From a virus: 64,000 bases of DNA. Positions 36,253-44,597 of the stretch are shown one piece after another. The position numbers and the translations under genes were made by a program. Below the pieces are notes generated by a model. The model was not told where the DNA came from. It saw only the letters and a program-made list of their open reading frames with translations, and made no database searches. Positions within the stretch are counted from its first letter, which is position 1. The number at the start of each line of letters is the position of its first letter. The stretch spans positions 5,603 through 69,602 of the IMG/VR virus record IMGVR_UViG_3300020474_000008; one strand, written 5' to 3'.

Positions 36253-37509
36253 TTACTTGTTTTTCTTATGTTTATTTATGAAATTCTTGATATCTTGAGT
36301 GCCAGTCATCCTAGAAACATACTTTCTATTGGCATCTGTACCCACTTCTCTTTGATTAGCAGGGACTCCTGATGGTCCAGGATAGTTAATAATTGCCTCT
36401 GTGACATCTCTCAACCAGGACTTGAACATGATGTTGTCCTCTGTCACAGCAATCACATAGTTGGTTCCTCTTCTGATAATTCTACCAACCAAACCATGAT
36501 TAAGGTTCTCAATCAAGGTATCTTTCCTAAAAATATTGTTACTTACATAGTTTTCCCTGAGATTCTTCCAGTCAAACTTGGGTGCAATCTCCCACAGACT
36601 CCAACCTTCCTTGACTTGCATCTTCTTGCGAAGAGTTGCCATCATCATTTTGGCAGTTTTATCATCAATTATATCAGGAACACCTGTTCTATATGTCTTA
36701 AAATCATTATCTGCTGCTGCTTTTCTCATCTTGGATGCTGACATCCCTTCAACCCCCTCAGAGTCTGGGTCTCTATCTCCAGCTGATACAACCTCAACAC
36801 CAAGATAATCATAGATCTTGCCATTGTAGTCTCCTGAGAGTTTTGCAAACTCTTTGACTCTATCAGCACCAACCACAATCTTAACATTTGAGTATCCATC
36901 ATCATACCCCTGCTTTAATACATCAAAGATAGTCTTTGAGTTTGGATCATTGATGATATTATCTGCATGATCAGGCATAATCTGCTTCATAATATCAACT
37001 TTTTCATCAGGATCAAGTGGATTCTTCTTCTTATCCTGTGTTCTGGATGGATATATCTTTAAACTCCCCTTTCCTGCTGCCTTCTTTGCAGCATCAAGTA
37101 ACTTTGCATGACCAACAGTAGGTGGATTGAACCTACCAAATACTACTGTGAGATCTCCAAGGTCTTCTTTAGGAGTACCATCTGCTCTTGTAGGCATAGG
37201 CATTCTCCTTGCAGAGCCATCTGCAAATGTTCCAAATTCTCCCTGCTGCACAGGTTGCTGTCCTTGCTGCACTTGCTGTTGTGCAGGTTGTTCTTGCTTG
37301 GGAGTGTCATTTTTTGCCTCAGGTTCAGGTTCTTCTTGCTTCTCCTTCTTGGAGAGCATTTCAAGTTTACCTTTTTTAGTTACAGCTACTCTATTTCCAT
37401 CCTTATCAAACCAATTACCATGACCATCACCAGTCAGATTCTGGCGTCTTGCCATCTCTGCTGCTGCTGATACTTTTGCTTCTGACAGGAAATGAAAGAA
37501 TGATTTCAT
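36253..37509 (-). CDS. cytidylyltransferase-like (HxGH-type) nucleotidyltransferase
   Basis: FGRFNPPTVGH, VGADR, SAG.RD, MSASKMR; CATAAATA upstream at 37534-37541. Confidence 0.88.
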   Translation of the reverse strand: MKSFFHFLSEAKVSAAAEMARRQNLTGDGHGNWFDKDGNRVAVTKKGKLEMLSKKEKQEEPEPEAKNDTPKQEQPAQQQVQQGQQPVQQGEFGTFADGSARRMPMPTRADGTPKEDLGDLTVVFGRFNPPTVGHAKLLDAAKKAAGKGSLKIYPSRTQDKKKNPLDPDEKVDIMKQIMPDHADNIINDPNSKTIFDVLKQGYDDGYSNVKIVVGADRVKEFAKLSGDYNGKIYDYLGVEVVSAGDRDPDSEGVEGMSASKMRKAAADNDFKTYRTGVPDIIDDKTAKMMMATLRKKMQVKEGWSLWEIAPKFDWKNLRENYVSNNIFRKDTLIENLNHGLVGRIIRRGTNYVIAVTEDNIMFKSWLRDVTEAIINYPGPSGVPANQREVGTDANRKYVSRMTGTQDIKNFINKHKKNK

Positions 37510-37536
37510 TAGGTATAACTTTTCCTCACATTATAT

Positions 37537-38307
37537 TTATGAGTCTGCCAGACTGAATACATCAGAATCACTTGTTGCAGCAACACCAGTCTCTTCTTGA
37601 AACTTTTTCAGGTCACTCTTAGATGGTTCACAAAACCTCTTCAATGCCATTTGATGATACTCCTCAGACAAGTCAAACCCAATATAGTCATGTCCCAGCA
37701 GGGTGGCAGCAAGACCAGTGGTGCCTGACCCACTATAAGGGTCAAAGACCAGACCAGGTGCCTGTAAGACTGCTTGAATGCACCTAGCAGGCAGATAGAT
37801 GGGGTATGGAGCAGGGTGAGGGTTCTTCATGTCAGGTCCAAACTGCCAGACACTGTTCCAGTTGGCTGACCTTCTAGGCAGTCTAGGGTGCTTCCTTCCC
37901 TTACACAACCAGTAAATTCTCTCATCAGTCTGGATGAATCTGTATCCAGATATCTCTACACCACTTCCTCTACTCCAAACAATTTCTTCTCTGATGTTCC
38001 ACTTTGTCTTGGCCAACCACTCCCAAGGGGCACTGGCATCACCATCATTATACCTAATCTTGTGGTTATAGAACAGTGAACCACCCTCCTTTGTCTTATC
38101 ATAGATGATATCCAGCAGTTCAATCTGCTGTTCCTGATATTCATCCTCTGGTAAGGTATCATCAAAATCTTGATACTCAATCTTCTTGAATACACCACCA
38201 CCTACACCTCTCTTATTATAGGGAGGAGAAGTGACTGTGCAGTCAATTGAGTTATCTTCAAGGTCAAGTGCCATGTTCAGGCAGTTACCAGTTCTGAGAT
38301 CAATCAT
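37537..38307 (-). CDS. beta-class N4-C/N6-A DNA methyltransferase
   Basis: VTSPPYN, HPAPYP, DPYSGSGTT. Confidence 0.92.
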   Translation of the reverse strand: MIDLRTGNCLNMALDLEDNSIDCTVTSPPYNKRGVGGGVFKKIEYQDFDDTLPEDEYQEQQIELLDIIYDKTKEGGSLFYNHKIRYNDGDASAPWEWLAKTKWNIREEIVWSRGSGVEISGYRFIQTDERIYWLCKGRKHPRLPRRSANWNSVWQFGPDMKNPHPAPYPIYLPARCIQAVLQAPGLVFDPYSGSGTTGLAATLLGHDYIGFDLSEEYHQMALKRFCEPSKSDLKKFQEETGVAATSDSDVFSLADS

Positions 38308-38327
38308 AGAAGTAATAATTTGGTTGT

Positions 38328-38356
38328 ATTATAACAGGTTTACTGAATTTTGACAA
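38328..38356 (-). promoter_or_regulatory. sigma70-type promoter for the methyltransferase
   Basis: TTGTCA-N17-TATAAT with extended TG. Confidence 0.65.
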
Positions 38357-39623
38357 ATGGTCCAGACAGATCTGCCTGTGAGAGATTTAGTTTTGCTGCT
38401 CTGTAATAGGATGTAGCAAGAAACTCTGGAAGATCTTTTGATTTTTTAGCATTTATGAATGCTTTAATGATCCTCAGTTGTCTTAACTTCTGTCTTAATT
38501 TTGCTGAGAAGTCACTCTTAGAACATTTATAAAGTGCTCTTACATCAGCATGTGACATGTTATCTAATTCAATTGCTTTATCAATAAAACCTACTGCATC
38601 TACTGCATTACCCATAACAGTCATACCACCAAAATCTTTTGGTATGGTTTTATCACTCATCACATCCTTGAGGTAGTCCTGCCAGTATTTTTTGTGAGTA
38701 GTTAAATCATTAGAAAGATTACTATCATAATCTTCTTTACTAAATTCACTTACCAACTCTTTCATAAGGGGAACAGGAATAGATCCAGCTTGTGCTTCTG
38801 CCTTCACATACTTTCCTGTATTGTTCTGAACCATATCTTTTAGTTCAGTCTTCTGATTAGCACCAGACATTCTGGTCTCCCAGAAGTATTTGGTGGTATA
38901 TTTACCAGCAGTAAAGGTAACACCCGTAGTAAGAGAGTTGGTATTGAAATCTAATTCTCCTCCTCTGTTTGTAATTTCAAAAACTGTCTTTACAATTTTA
39001 TCTAAACTACCAGTAACATTAGTAAGTCCATCAGGTCCAGTATCTACATTTGCTTCCTTCAAAGTTGCTCTTGGAGCAGCAGCAGTTACCTTTTTAAGAG
39101 ATATGGGAATCAATAATTTTTGTCTCAATGCTTGACTCATATAAGCATTTACTGTTCCAACAAACACATCAGGTGTATAACTACCATCATTAAATGTTTT
39201 AGCAAGATTATCCACACCTGCTTTTATCTGTCTTTCAGCAGATGTCTTCATAATATACACATCAGCAGTATTCCAACTATCTTTCTTACTACCAAAGTTT
39301 CTTTTCTGGACAGTAGTAAACTTATCCCAGATATAATTTATAATATCTGTTTGTTTACCTGATGGTATCTCAGGTGCTGCTCCATCATACCATCCATACT
39401 TCCAAGAGGTATCTTTTGTACCCTCTCTGTGATTGATATATGCATTTAATGCTCTTGCCTGTTTGAGAAAGGTATTATACCACTTACCATCCATCTTTGG
39501 ATAGATCTTTTTAAGACCATTACGCAAAGAATCATCTGCCATTGGTTCAAGACTTACACCTTTATCAATGGCAGAATAGAATGTGTAGATGGAACCACTT
39601 TCCTGTAATGCTGTGGCACCCAT
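38340..39623 (-). CDS. hypothetical protein, possible PD-(D/E)XK-like nuclease
   Basis: 427 aa; N-terminal QE, DSWNTADVY, PISLKK. Confidence 0.6.
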   Translation of the reverse strand: MGATALQESGSIYTFYSAIDKGVSLEPMADDSLRNGLKKIYPKMDGKWYNTFLKQARALNAYINHREGTKDTSWKYGWYDGAAPEIPSGKQTDIINYIWDKFTTVQKRNFGSKKDSWNTADVYIMKTSAERQIKAGVDNLAKTFNDGSYTPDVFVGTVNAYMSQALRQKLLIPISLKKVTAAAPRATLKEANVDTGPDGLTNVTGSLDKIVKTVFEITNRGGELDFNTNSLTTGVTFTAGKYTTKYFWETRMSGANQKTELKDMVQNNTGKYVKAEAQAGSIPVPLMKELVSEFSKEDYDSNLSNDLTTHKKYWQDYLKDVMSDKTIPKDFGGMTVMGNAVDAVGFIDKAIELDNMSHADVRALYKCSKSDFSAKLRQKLRQLRIIKAFINAKKSKDLPEFLATSYYRAAKLNLSQADLSGPFVKIQ

Positions 39624-39632
39624 TTACTTTCC

Positions 39633-40631
39633 TCAGAGTGATGCAATAATTTTAAGGATTTCAGTCTCAGAGAACTTACCAGAGAGTTCCAACTCTTCCT
39701 TCATCTTGCTATGCTTCTTATCTTTAAGAGCCTTCTTCATTGACTCTTCCTTGTTACCATCACCATCAAAGTCAAGATAGTCAGGCTTAGAACCTTTCTT
39801 CTCAGAAACAAACTCTTCCTTCTTCATACTTGCCTTACGATATGCAAGATAGTCTCTATCTTTCTTACCCATCTTAGCTTGACCCTGAGGTTTCTTGGAA
39901 CCACCAGCAGGATTAGGACCAGTGTTCTTTGCTTTGTAGGAGTAGTTAGCACCACTACCCTTAGAGTCACCAGAGATCATCTTACCAGCATCAGATCTAC
40001 TATCCTGATACTCTTTCTCAGACTGACCATGCTTGCCCTTGTACATCTCATCATACTGTGCTGCTTCATTAGCAGGTACACAGTTAGGGACTTGCTTACC
40101 ACCTTTCTTCTTCATACCAACCTGCTTGTAACCAACCCAGCAGGGATCACTTTTCTTCTCATTGAAGAGTCCAAGAAGACCCTTCTTGATTGTCTCTTTG
40201 TCCTCAGCAACCACTGTGCTGTGAACTCTTGCTACTCTCTTATCTTGGTTATGTCTAGCAGACCAGGTTTCTTCCAGTCTCTTGCTTCTTCTATACTTAG
40301 CAAACTCTTCTAATTGACCTTCATTGCTTTTCAGTTTGATTCTGCTGAAAGTCTCACCAAAGGCAGCATAAATTCTTTCTAACTTCTCTTCTCTACCAAC
40401 AATGTTGGACTCAGGGATCATATTGTAGATGATGTCCTCAGCTTCCTTAACAGTTGATGTCTTGAATACTTCTTCAAGAATCTCTTCTGCCAATTCACGA
40501 AGGTCATTGTCTTGGAGACTAGCAGTGTTCATTTCACTGATAGGGTCTCTCTGAGAATCAAGTTCTTCCTTTGCTTCTTTGCTATGGACAGCAGTATATG
40601 CTTCCATAAAATTACGCATTGATGAGGACAT
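39633..40631 (-). CDS. modular late protein (possible internal head protein)
   Basis: 332 aa; modules CWVGYKQVG..VPNCVP and DYLDFDGDGNKEE. Confidence 0.7.
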   Translation of the reverse strand: MSSSMRNFMEAYTAVHSKEAKEELDSQRDPISEMNTASLQDNDLRELAEEILEEVFKTSTVKEAEDIIYNMIPESNIVGREEKLERIYAAFGETFSRIKLKSNEGQLEEFAKYRRSKRLEETWSARHNQDKRVARVHSTVVAEDKETIKKGLLGLFNEKKSDPCWVGYKQVGMKKKGGKQVPNCVPANEAAQYDEMYKGKHGQSEKEYQDSRSDAGKMISGDSKGSGANYSYKAKNTGPNPAGGSKKPQGQAKMGKKDRDYLAYRKASMKKEEFVSEKKGSKPDYLDFDGDGNKEESMKKALKDKKHSKMKEELELSGKFSETEILKIIASL

Positions 40632-40659
40632 CTCTTTACGAATACTCTATTTCTTTATG

Positions 40660-40667
40660 TATTTATA
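40660..40667 (-). promoter_or_regulatory. T4 late promoter
   Basis: TATAAATA. Confidence 0.8.
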
Positions 40668-40672
40668 TTCTT

Positions 40673-40930
40673 CTATGCTCCTACATCATAAGGAACATCT
40701 TTTTTCTTCTCTTCATCTGGTTTCTTGTTAAAACCAAATGGTCCAACTTCTCCCTTGTCATAGGCACGTCTCTTCTGTGCCATACTACAAACAGTTTCCA
40801 TCACTCTGATTGTGTCATCAACTGTGCAGTTCTCTGGCATACTACGATGCACAATGTCAAACAAAGGAAAGAATTCCTTTGCAGCATCATTGACTTCCTC
40901 AGGTGTCAGTGGATCATACTCCTTCATCAT
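40673..40930 (-). CDS. hypothetical protein
   Basis: AGGAGG SD before MMKEYDP. Confidence 0.65.
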   Translation of the reverse strand: MMKEYDPLTPEEVNDAAKEFFPLFDIVHRSMPENCTVDDTIRVMETVCSMAQKRRAYDKGEVGPFGFNKKPDEEKKKDVPYDVGA

Positions 40931-41105
40931 TAACCTCCTTTTTAAGTTCTTCTTCAATCTGTTCATCAATGTCTGTGATGATACTACGAATATCTACAAT
41001 TCGTGGGGGAGTGCATTTTGGGTCATGTGTATAGATTGCCTGCTCTTGGAACAGAACATGTCTTACTGCAGCAGCAGATCTTACATCCATTTCAACTTTA
41101 ATCAC
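40914..41105 (-). CDS. hypothetical protein
   Basis: 63-aa ORF coupled to mazG. Confidence 0.6.
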   Translation of the reverse strand: MIKVEMDVRSAAAVRHVLFQEQAIYTHDPKCTPPRIVDIRSIITDIDEQIEEELKKEVNDEGV

Positions 41106-41494
41106 AAGTCACCCTCCTTACGATTTTCAGAATAATACTCATTGAATGTTCCATCTGGATATCTAGCAGAGAGTTTCTCAATGTTCATATCAAGAATCTC
41201 ATTAAAGTTTGTATCCAGTGCCATGAATGCCTGAGCAAGATACCAACAGATATCACCCAGTTCACGCTTCATGTGAAAGACATTATCATCATTATAGGGT
41301 TTGCCCTGGAAGACAATCTTCTTCACAACCTCAGTGAACTCACCTGCCTCAGCAGTGAGACCAAGAGCAGCAGTCATCAACTGAGAAGTATTAGTTCCAT
41401 TTGCTTCAAGTTCAGCAAAGCGTGTTGCCATGATGGCATAGTCCAGACTAGGAGCACTAGTGGTTTGCTTTACAAAATCAATGTAGTTATTCAA
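41102..41494 (-). CDS. mazG: MazG nucleotide pyrophosphohydrolase
   Basis: GL.AEAGE..E.VKK, ELGDICWY, NIEKL..RY. Confidence 0.93.
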   Translation of the reverse strand: MNNYIDFVKQTTSAPSLDYAIMATRFAELEANGTNTSQLMTAALGLTAEAGEFTEVVKKIVFQGKPYNDDNVFHMKRELGDICWYLAQAFMALDTNFNEILDMNIEKLSARYPDGTFNEYYSENRKEGDL

Positions 41495-42864
41495 AACTTA
41501 AATCCCTCAAATGTCTTTTTAGGTTTTTCATCATAATCATACTCTTCATCCTTACCATTGTCAAGGATGTCTTCCTGAGCAGACTGCTCACAATCATACA
41601 GTCTCATCTTTGACCTGTCAACTCCAATACAGAATCTCTTAAACATGTTGATATCATTGTATCTGTTCTTCAATTGCTTCACCATAATTTGTCCCAAACC
41701 CTCCAACTCCTCAGTGCTAATAAGGGCAAACATAAGATCAGCAGTAGCAGGAAGACCAAAGGATTCAGAAGTATCAGTAAGTTCAACATCAGAGCTACCA
41801 TAACCAGAACGAGTGGTTTGAGTAGCAGAGACGATTGGAACGTTTGCCTCACATGCCAACCCTCTAAGTTCCTCAGCAATTGCCTTAACAGTAGTATATG
41901 AATTGACATTACTGCCTGCGCGATACCTGCTGGAAGCACATATATTAAGGTAATCAATGAAAATAATATCAGGCTTAAATGACTTTTTAAGTGCAAGTTC
42001 ATTAAGAAGTGACCTGAAATGTCCAGCATGTGCAGAAGCAGTTGGGTACTCCTTAATAATTAGGGTGCCTTGTGTCTTTTGAGCAATGTTATTGACTTTG
42101 GTTTCAAACATTTGCTTTGGTAAGTCAGCAATCTCTGAAATATTAATGTTCAAAAGATTAGCATCAATTCTCTCTGCAATTCTTTCCTCAGCCATTTCAA
42201 GCGTGATGTATAGTACGTTCTTGCCTTGGAGTAACACACTGCTTGCGACATGACACATAAACAAAGACTTACCAACACCAGTGCCAGCAAGAGCAATATT
42301 GAGTGTTTTATTTGGAAGGCCACCTTTTGTAATCTTGTTAAGGAATTCAAGGTCAAACTCAATCCTTTCTTCCTTCTTGTTGTATAAGTCAAACCTTTCC
42401 GCATAATCTTGAAGATAGTCGTGTCCTACATGATTATCAAAACTGACAGCAAGAGCATCAGATAGAATAGAAGGTATGGCATCAGGTTGCTTTTTATCAT
42501 CCTGTCCATCTGCAATAGAAATTGACTCCATGAGAGCCATGTAGATTGCTCTTTCTCTACACCACTTTTCTGTGGTGTCTTCAAGCCACTCTCTGTCTGC
42601 TGGTTCATCATCAAGATAACTGATTAGTTTTGAGATTTCCTGGTAAGAAGTATCATTGATATCTCGCCTCTTCTCTACCTCAATACTCAGAACCTCCTTA
42701 GAAGGAACTTCATTGTACTCAGAAACATAAGAGACTATCTCCTCAAAGACAATCTTCTGATTGTAGTCTTGGAAATAATCTGCTTTGAGAAAGGGGATGA
42801 CTTTTCTTAAATACTCTTCATTATGTAAGAGGTTCCTGAGAACCAAAAATTCAATCTTGTCCAT
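41491..42864 (-). CDS. replicative DNA helicase (T4 gp41)
   Basis: AGTGVGKS, TLEMAE, IKEYPT, DYLNI, SESFGLPATAD. Confidence 0.97.
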   Translation of the reverse strand: MDKIEFLVLRNLLHNEEYLRKVIPFLKADYFQDYNQKIVFEEIVSYVSEYNEVPSKEVLSIEVEKRRDINDTSYQEISKLISYLDDEPADREWLEDTTEKWCRERAIYMALMESISIADGQDDKKQPDAIPSILSDALAVSFDNHVGHDYLQDYAERFDLYNKKEERIEFDLEFLNKITKGGLPNKTLNIALAGTGVGKSLFMCHVASSVLLQGKNVLYITLEMAEERIAERIDANLLNINISEIADLPKQMFETKVNNIAQKTQGTLIIKEYPTASAHAGHFRSLLNELALKKSFKPDIIFIDYLNICASSRYRAGSNVNSYTTVKAIAEELRGLACEANVPIVSATQTTRSGYGSSDVELTDTSESFGLPATADLMFALISTEELEGLGQIMVKQLKNRYNDINMFKRFCIGVDRSKMRLYDCEQSAQEDILDNGKDEEYDYDEKPKKTFEGFKF

Positions 42865-43426
42865 CTGACCACTCACAATATGTTGACATGATATACTTCT
42901 TTCCTTCTATCACAGGTTCCCCACTATGAGGAAACATCCAATAAGGAGGAAATACAAGCACAGAACCCTTCTTAGGTTGAAGAGAACAATCAGGAAAAAA
43001 TGATGTTTTACCTCCTGTAAAATCATCATTAAGATACCAAATCATAGCAAGGTATCTTCTTGATGTAAGTAATGAGCTTACATCTGCATGAAAATCATAC
43101 CTATCATCTGTGCCTCCAACATAACATTTAATGTTTGCTTCTTCAAACTTGAAAAAGTTTTGGTCTGATACAAAATACTTACCATATTCACCAAGATATT
43201 CTTGATATGCTCTCAGAATGTGCCAATTCTGTTCTTCAATTTTATTCTGTATCAGTTCCTTTTCATCATGAATAAGTTCTGAAATGAAAAGATTAGTCCA
43301 GTTTGGATAACCATTCCTATCCAATCTAGACTTCTGTTCACTCTCATCAAAAATTCTGATCAGATCATCACAAATTTCATCAGGGATAGCATTTTCAATT
43401 TTAAGACAAAAATCTAATACATTCAT
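42851..43426 (-). CDS. 2OG-Fe(II) oxygenase
   Basis: HAD, YLND.F.GG.T.F, FPP.W.FPH, K. Confidence 0.9.
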   Translation of the reverse strand: MNVLDFCLKIENAIPDEICDDLIRIFDESEQKSRLDRNGYPNWTNLFISELIHDEKELIQNKIEEQNWHILRAYQEYLGEYGKYFVSDQNFFKFEEANIKCYVGGTDDRYDFHADVSSLLTSRRYLAMIWYLNDDFTGGKTSFFPDCSLQPKKGSVLVFPPYWMFPHSGEPVIEGKKYIMSTYCEWSDGQD

Positions 43427-44427
43427 GTACCATAAGAGAATTCTTGGTTTGCAATTTCATCTAATTTTTCCATTACTTCTGGAGTGAAGTATGACTCTGG
43501 GTCTTTATAGATTGCCTTGGCATAAACTTTCTTGCCATCTATCTCATAACGACCTGCCACATTTTTCCAGAGACCACCAATCTCTCCCAACTCAAGAAGA
43601 CCATAATATCGATCAAGACCACGCTCATCATAATACAGACGTACTTCAACTGTCTTATTCTCCTTACTCAAACGCGACTTAGCAGTCTTAGCTTTGATAA
43701 TGTTTCCAACAATTTCCGTTCCATCCTTTTCCTTCTTTTTGCTGAGATAAATGATTGAACTTGCTGCATACTTGAGGCCACTGCCTCCCCCCATTTCTTT
43801 TGTAGGTACATAGGACCCAATAACATCGTAGGTGTGGTTGGTAACAATCATTGGGATTTTTGCCTGTCCCAATTTCAGGGTGAGCATTCTGAATGCTCCC
43901 TTCACAAGTTGAGATTTTGTCATGTCTCTAACTTGCTTGTCATCTAATGCATCTCTAATCTCTTTCTCTGTGGACAACATACCAAGAGAATCAAGAACAA
44001 AGATGCAAGGTTTCCTTTCATCCTCTGCTTTTTTGAGGTAGATATCAACTGCCCTCAATGCCTTACTTCTAAACTCTTCAATAGTGACCACATTAACAAT
44101 CACAGTTCTAGAAGTATCCACACCCCTAGATTCTAGAAGGGACTTATTAACTGCTGCTTCTGTATCAAAGTATAAGCAGTACCCATCAGGATTGCTATCA
44201 AGAAAATTTTGAACAACAGCCAGAGAAAAGAAGGTTTTGCCAGTGCTAGACTCACCAGCAATGGCAGTAATCTTATTCCCAGATACACCGCCAAATACAG
44301 ACCCTGAAACAAGTCCATTAAAAATGTACGAACCTGTGTCCACATACTCTTCAGTTTCATCAATATCTGAGGCAAGTTTTGTGTACTCATCTCCAATCTC
44401 TTTTACAATGTCAGTTAAAAAATCCAT
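43423..44427 (-). CDS. uvsX: RecA-like recombinase
   Basis: GESSTGKT, FDTE, DSLG, NHTY, MGGGSG. Confidence 0.96.
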   Translation of the reverse strand: MDFLTDIVKEIGDEYTKLASDIDETEEYVDTGSYIFNGLVSGSVFGGVSGNKITAIAGESSTGKTFFSLAVVQNFLDSNPDGYCLYFDTEAAVNKSLLESRGVDTSRTVIVNVVTIEEFRSKALRAVDIYLKKAEDERKPCIFVLDSLGMLSTEKEIRDALDDKQVRDMTKSQLVKGAFRMLTLKLGQAKIPMIVTNHTYDVIGSYVPTKEMGGGSGLKYAASSIIYLSKKKEKDGTEIVGNIIKAKTAKSRLSKENKTVEVRLYYDERGLDRYYGLLELGEIGGLWKNVAGRYEIDGKKVYAKAIYKDPESYFTPEVMEKLDEIANQEFSYGT

Positions 44428-44597
44428 TAAATTACAAATCCAAATTCTTCACGTGCAATCTTCTTGTAAGGACCACCAGGATTAGCATCCCTGATCTCTT
44501 TGATCTTGAACATTTTCTGATACAAAGCAGCATCCCCACCAAGACGTAGGGCACTAACAATTGTAGCAAGTTCTTTGTCGTTAATAGGAAGGTCCAT
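44427..44597 (-). CDS. hypothetical protein (56 aa, not in ORF track)
   Basis: MDLPINDKELATIVSALRLGGDAALYQK...; fills the g43-uvsX gap exactly. Confidence 0.65.
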   Translation of the reverse strand: MDLPINDKELATIVSALRLGGDAALYQKMFKIKEIRDANPGGPYKKIAREEFGFVI

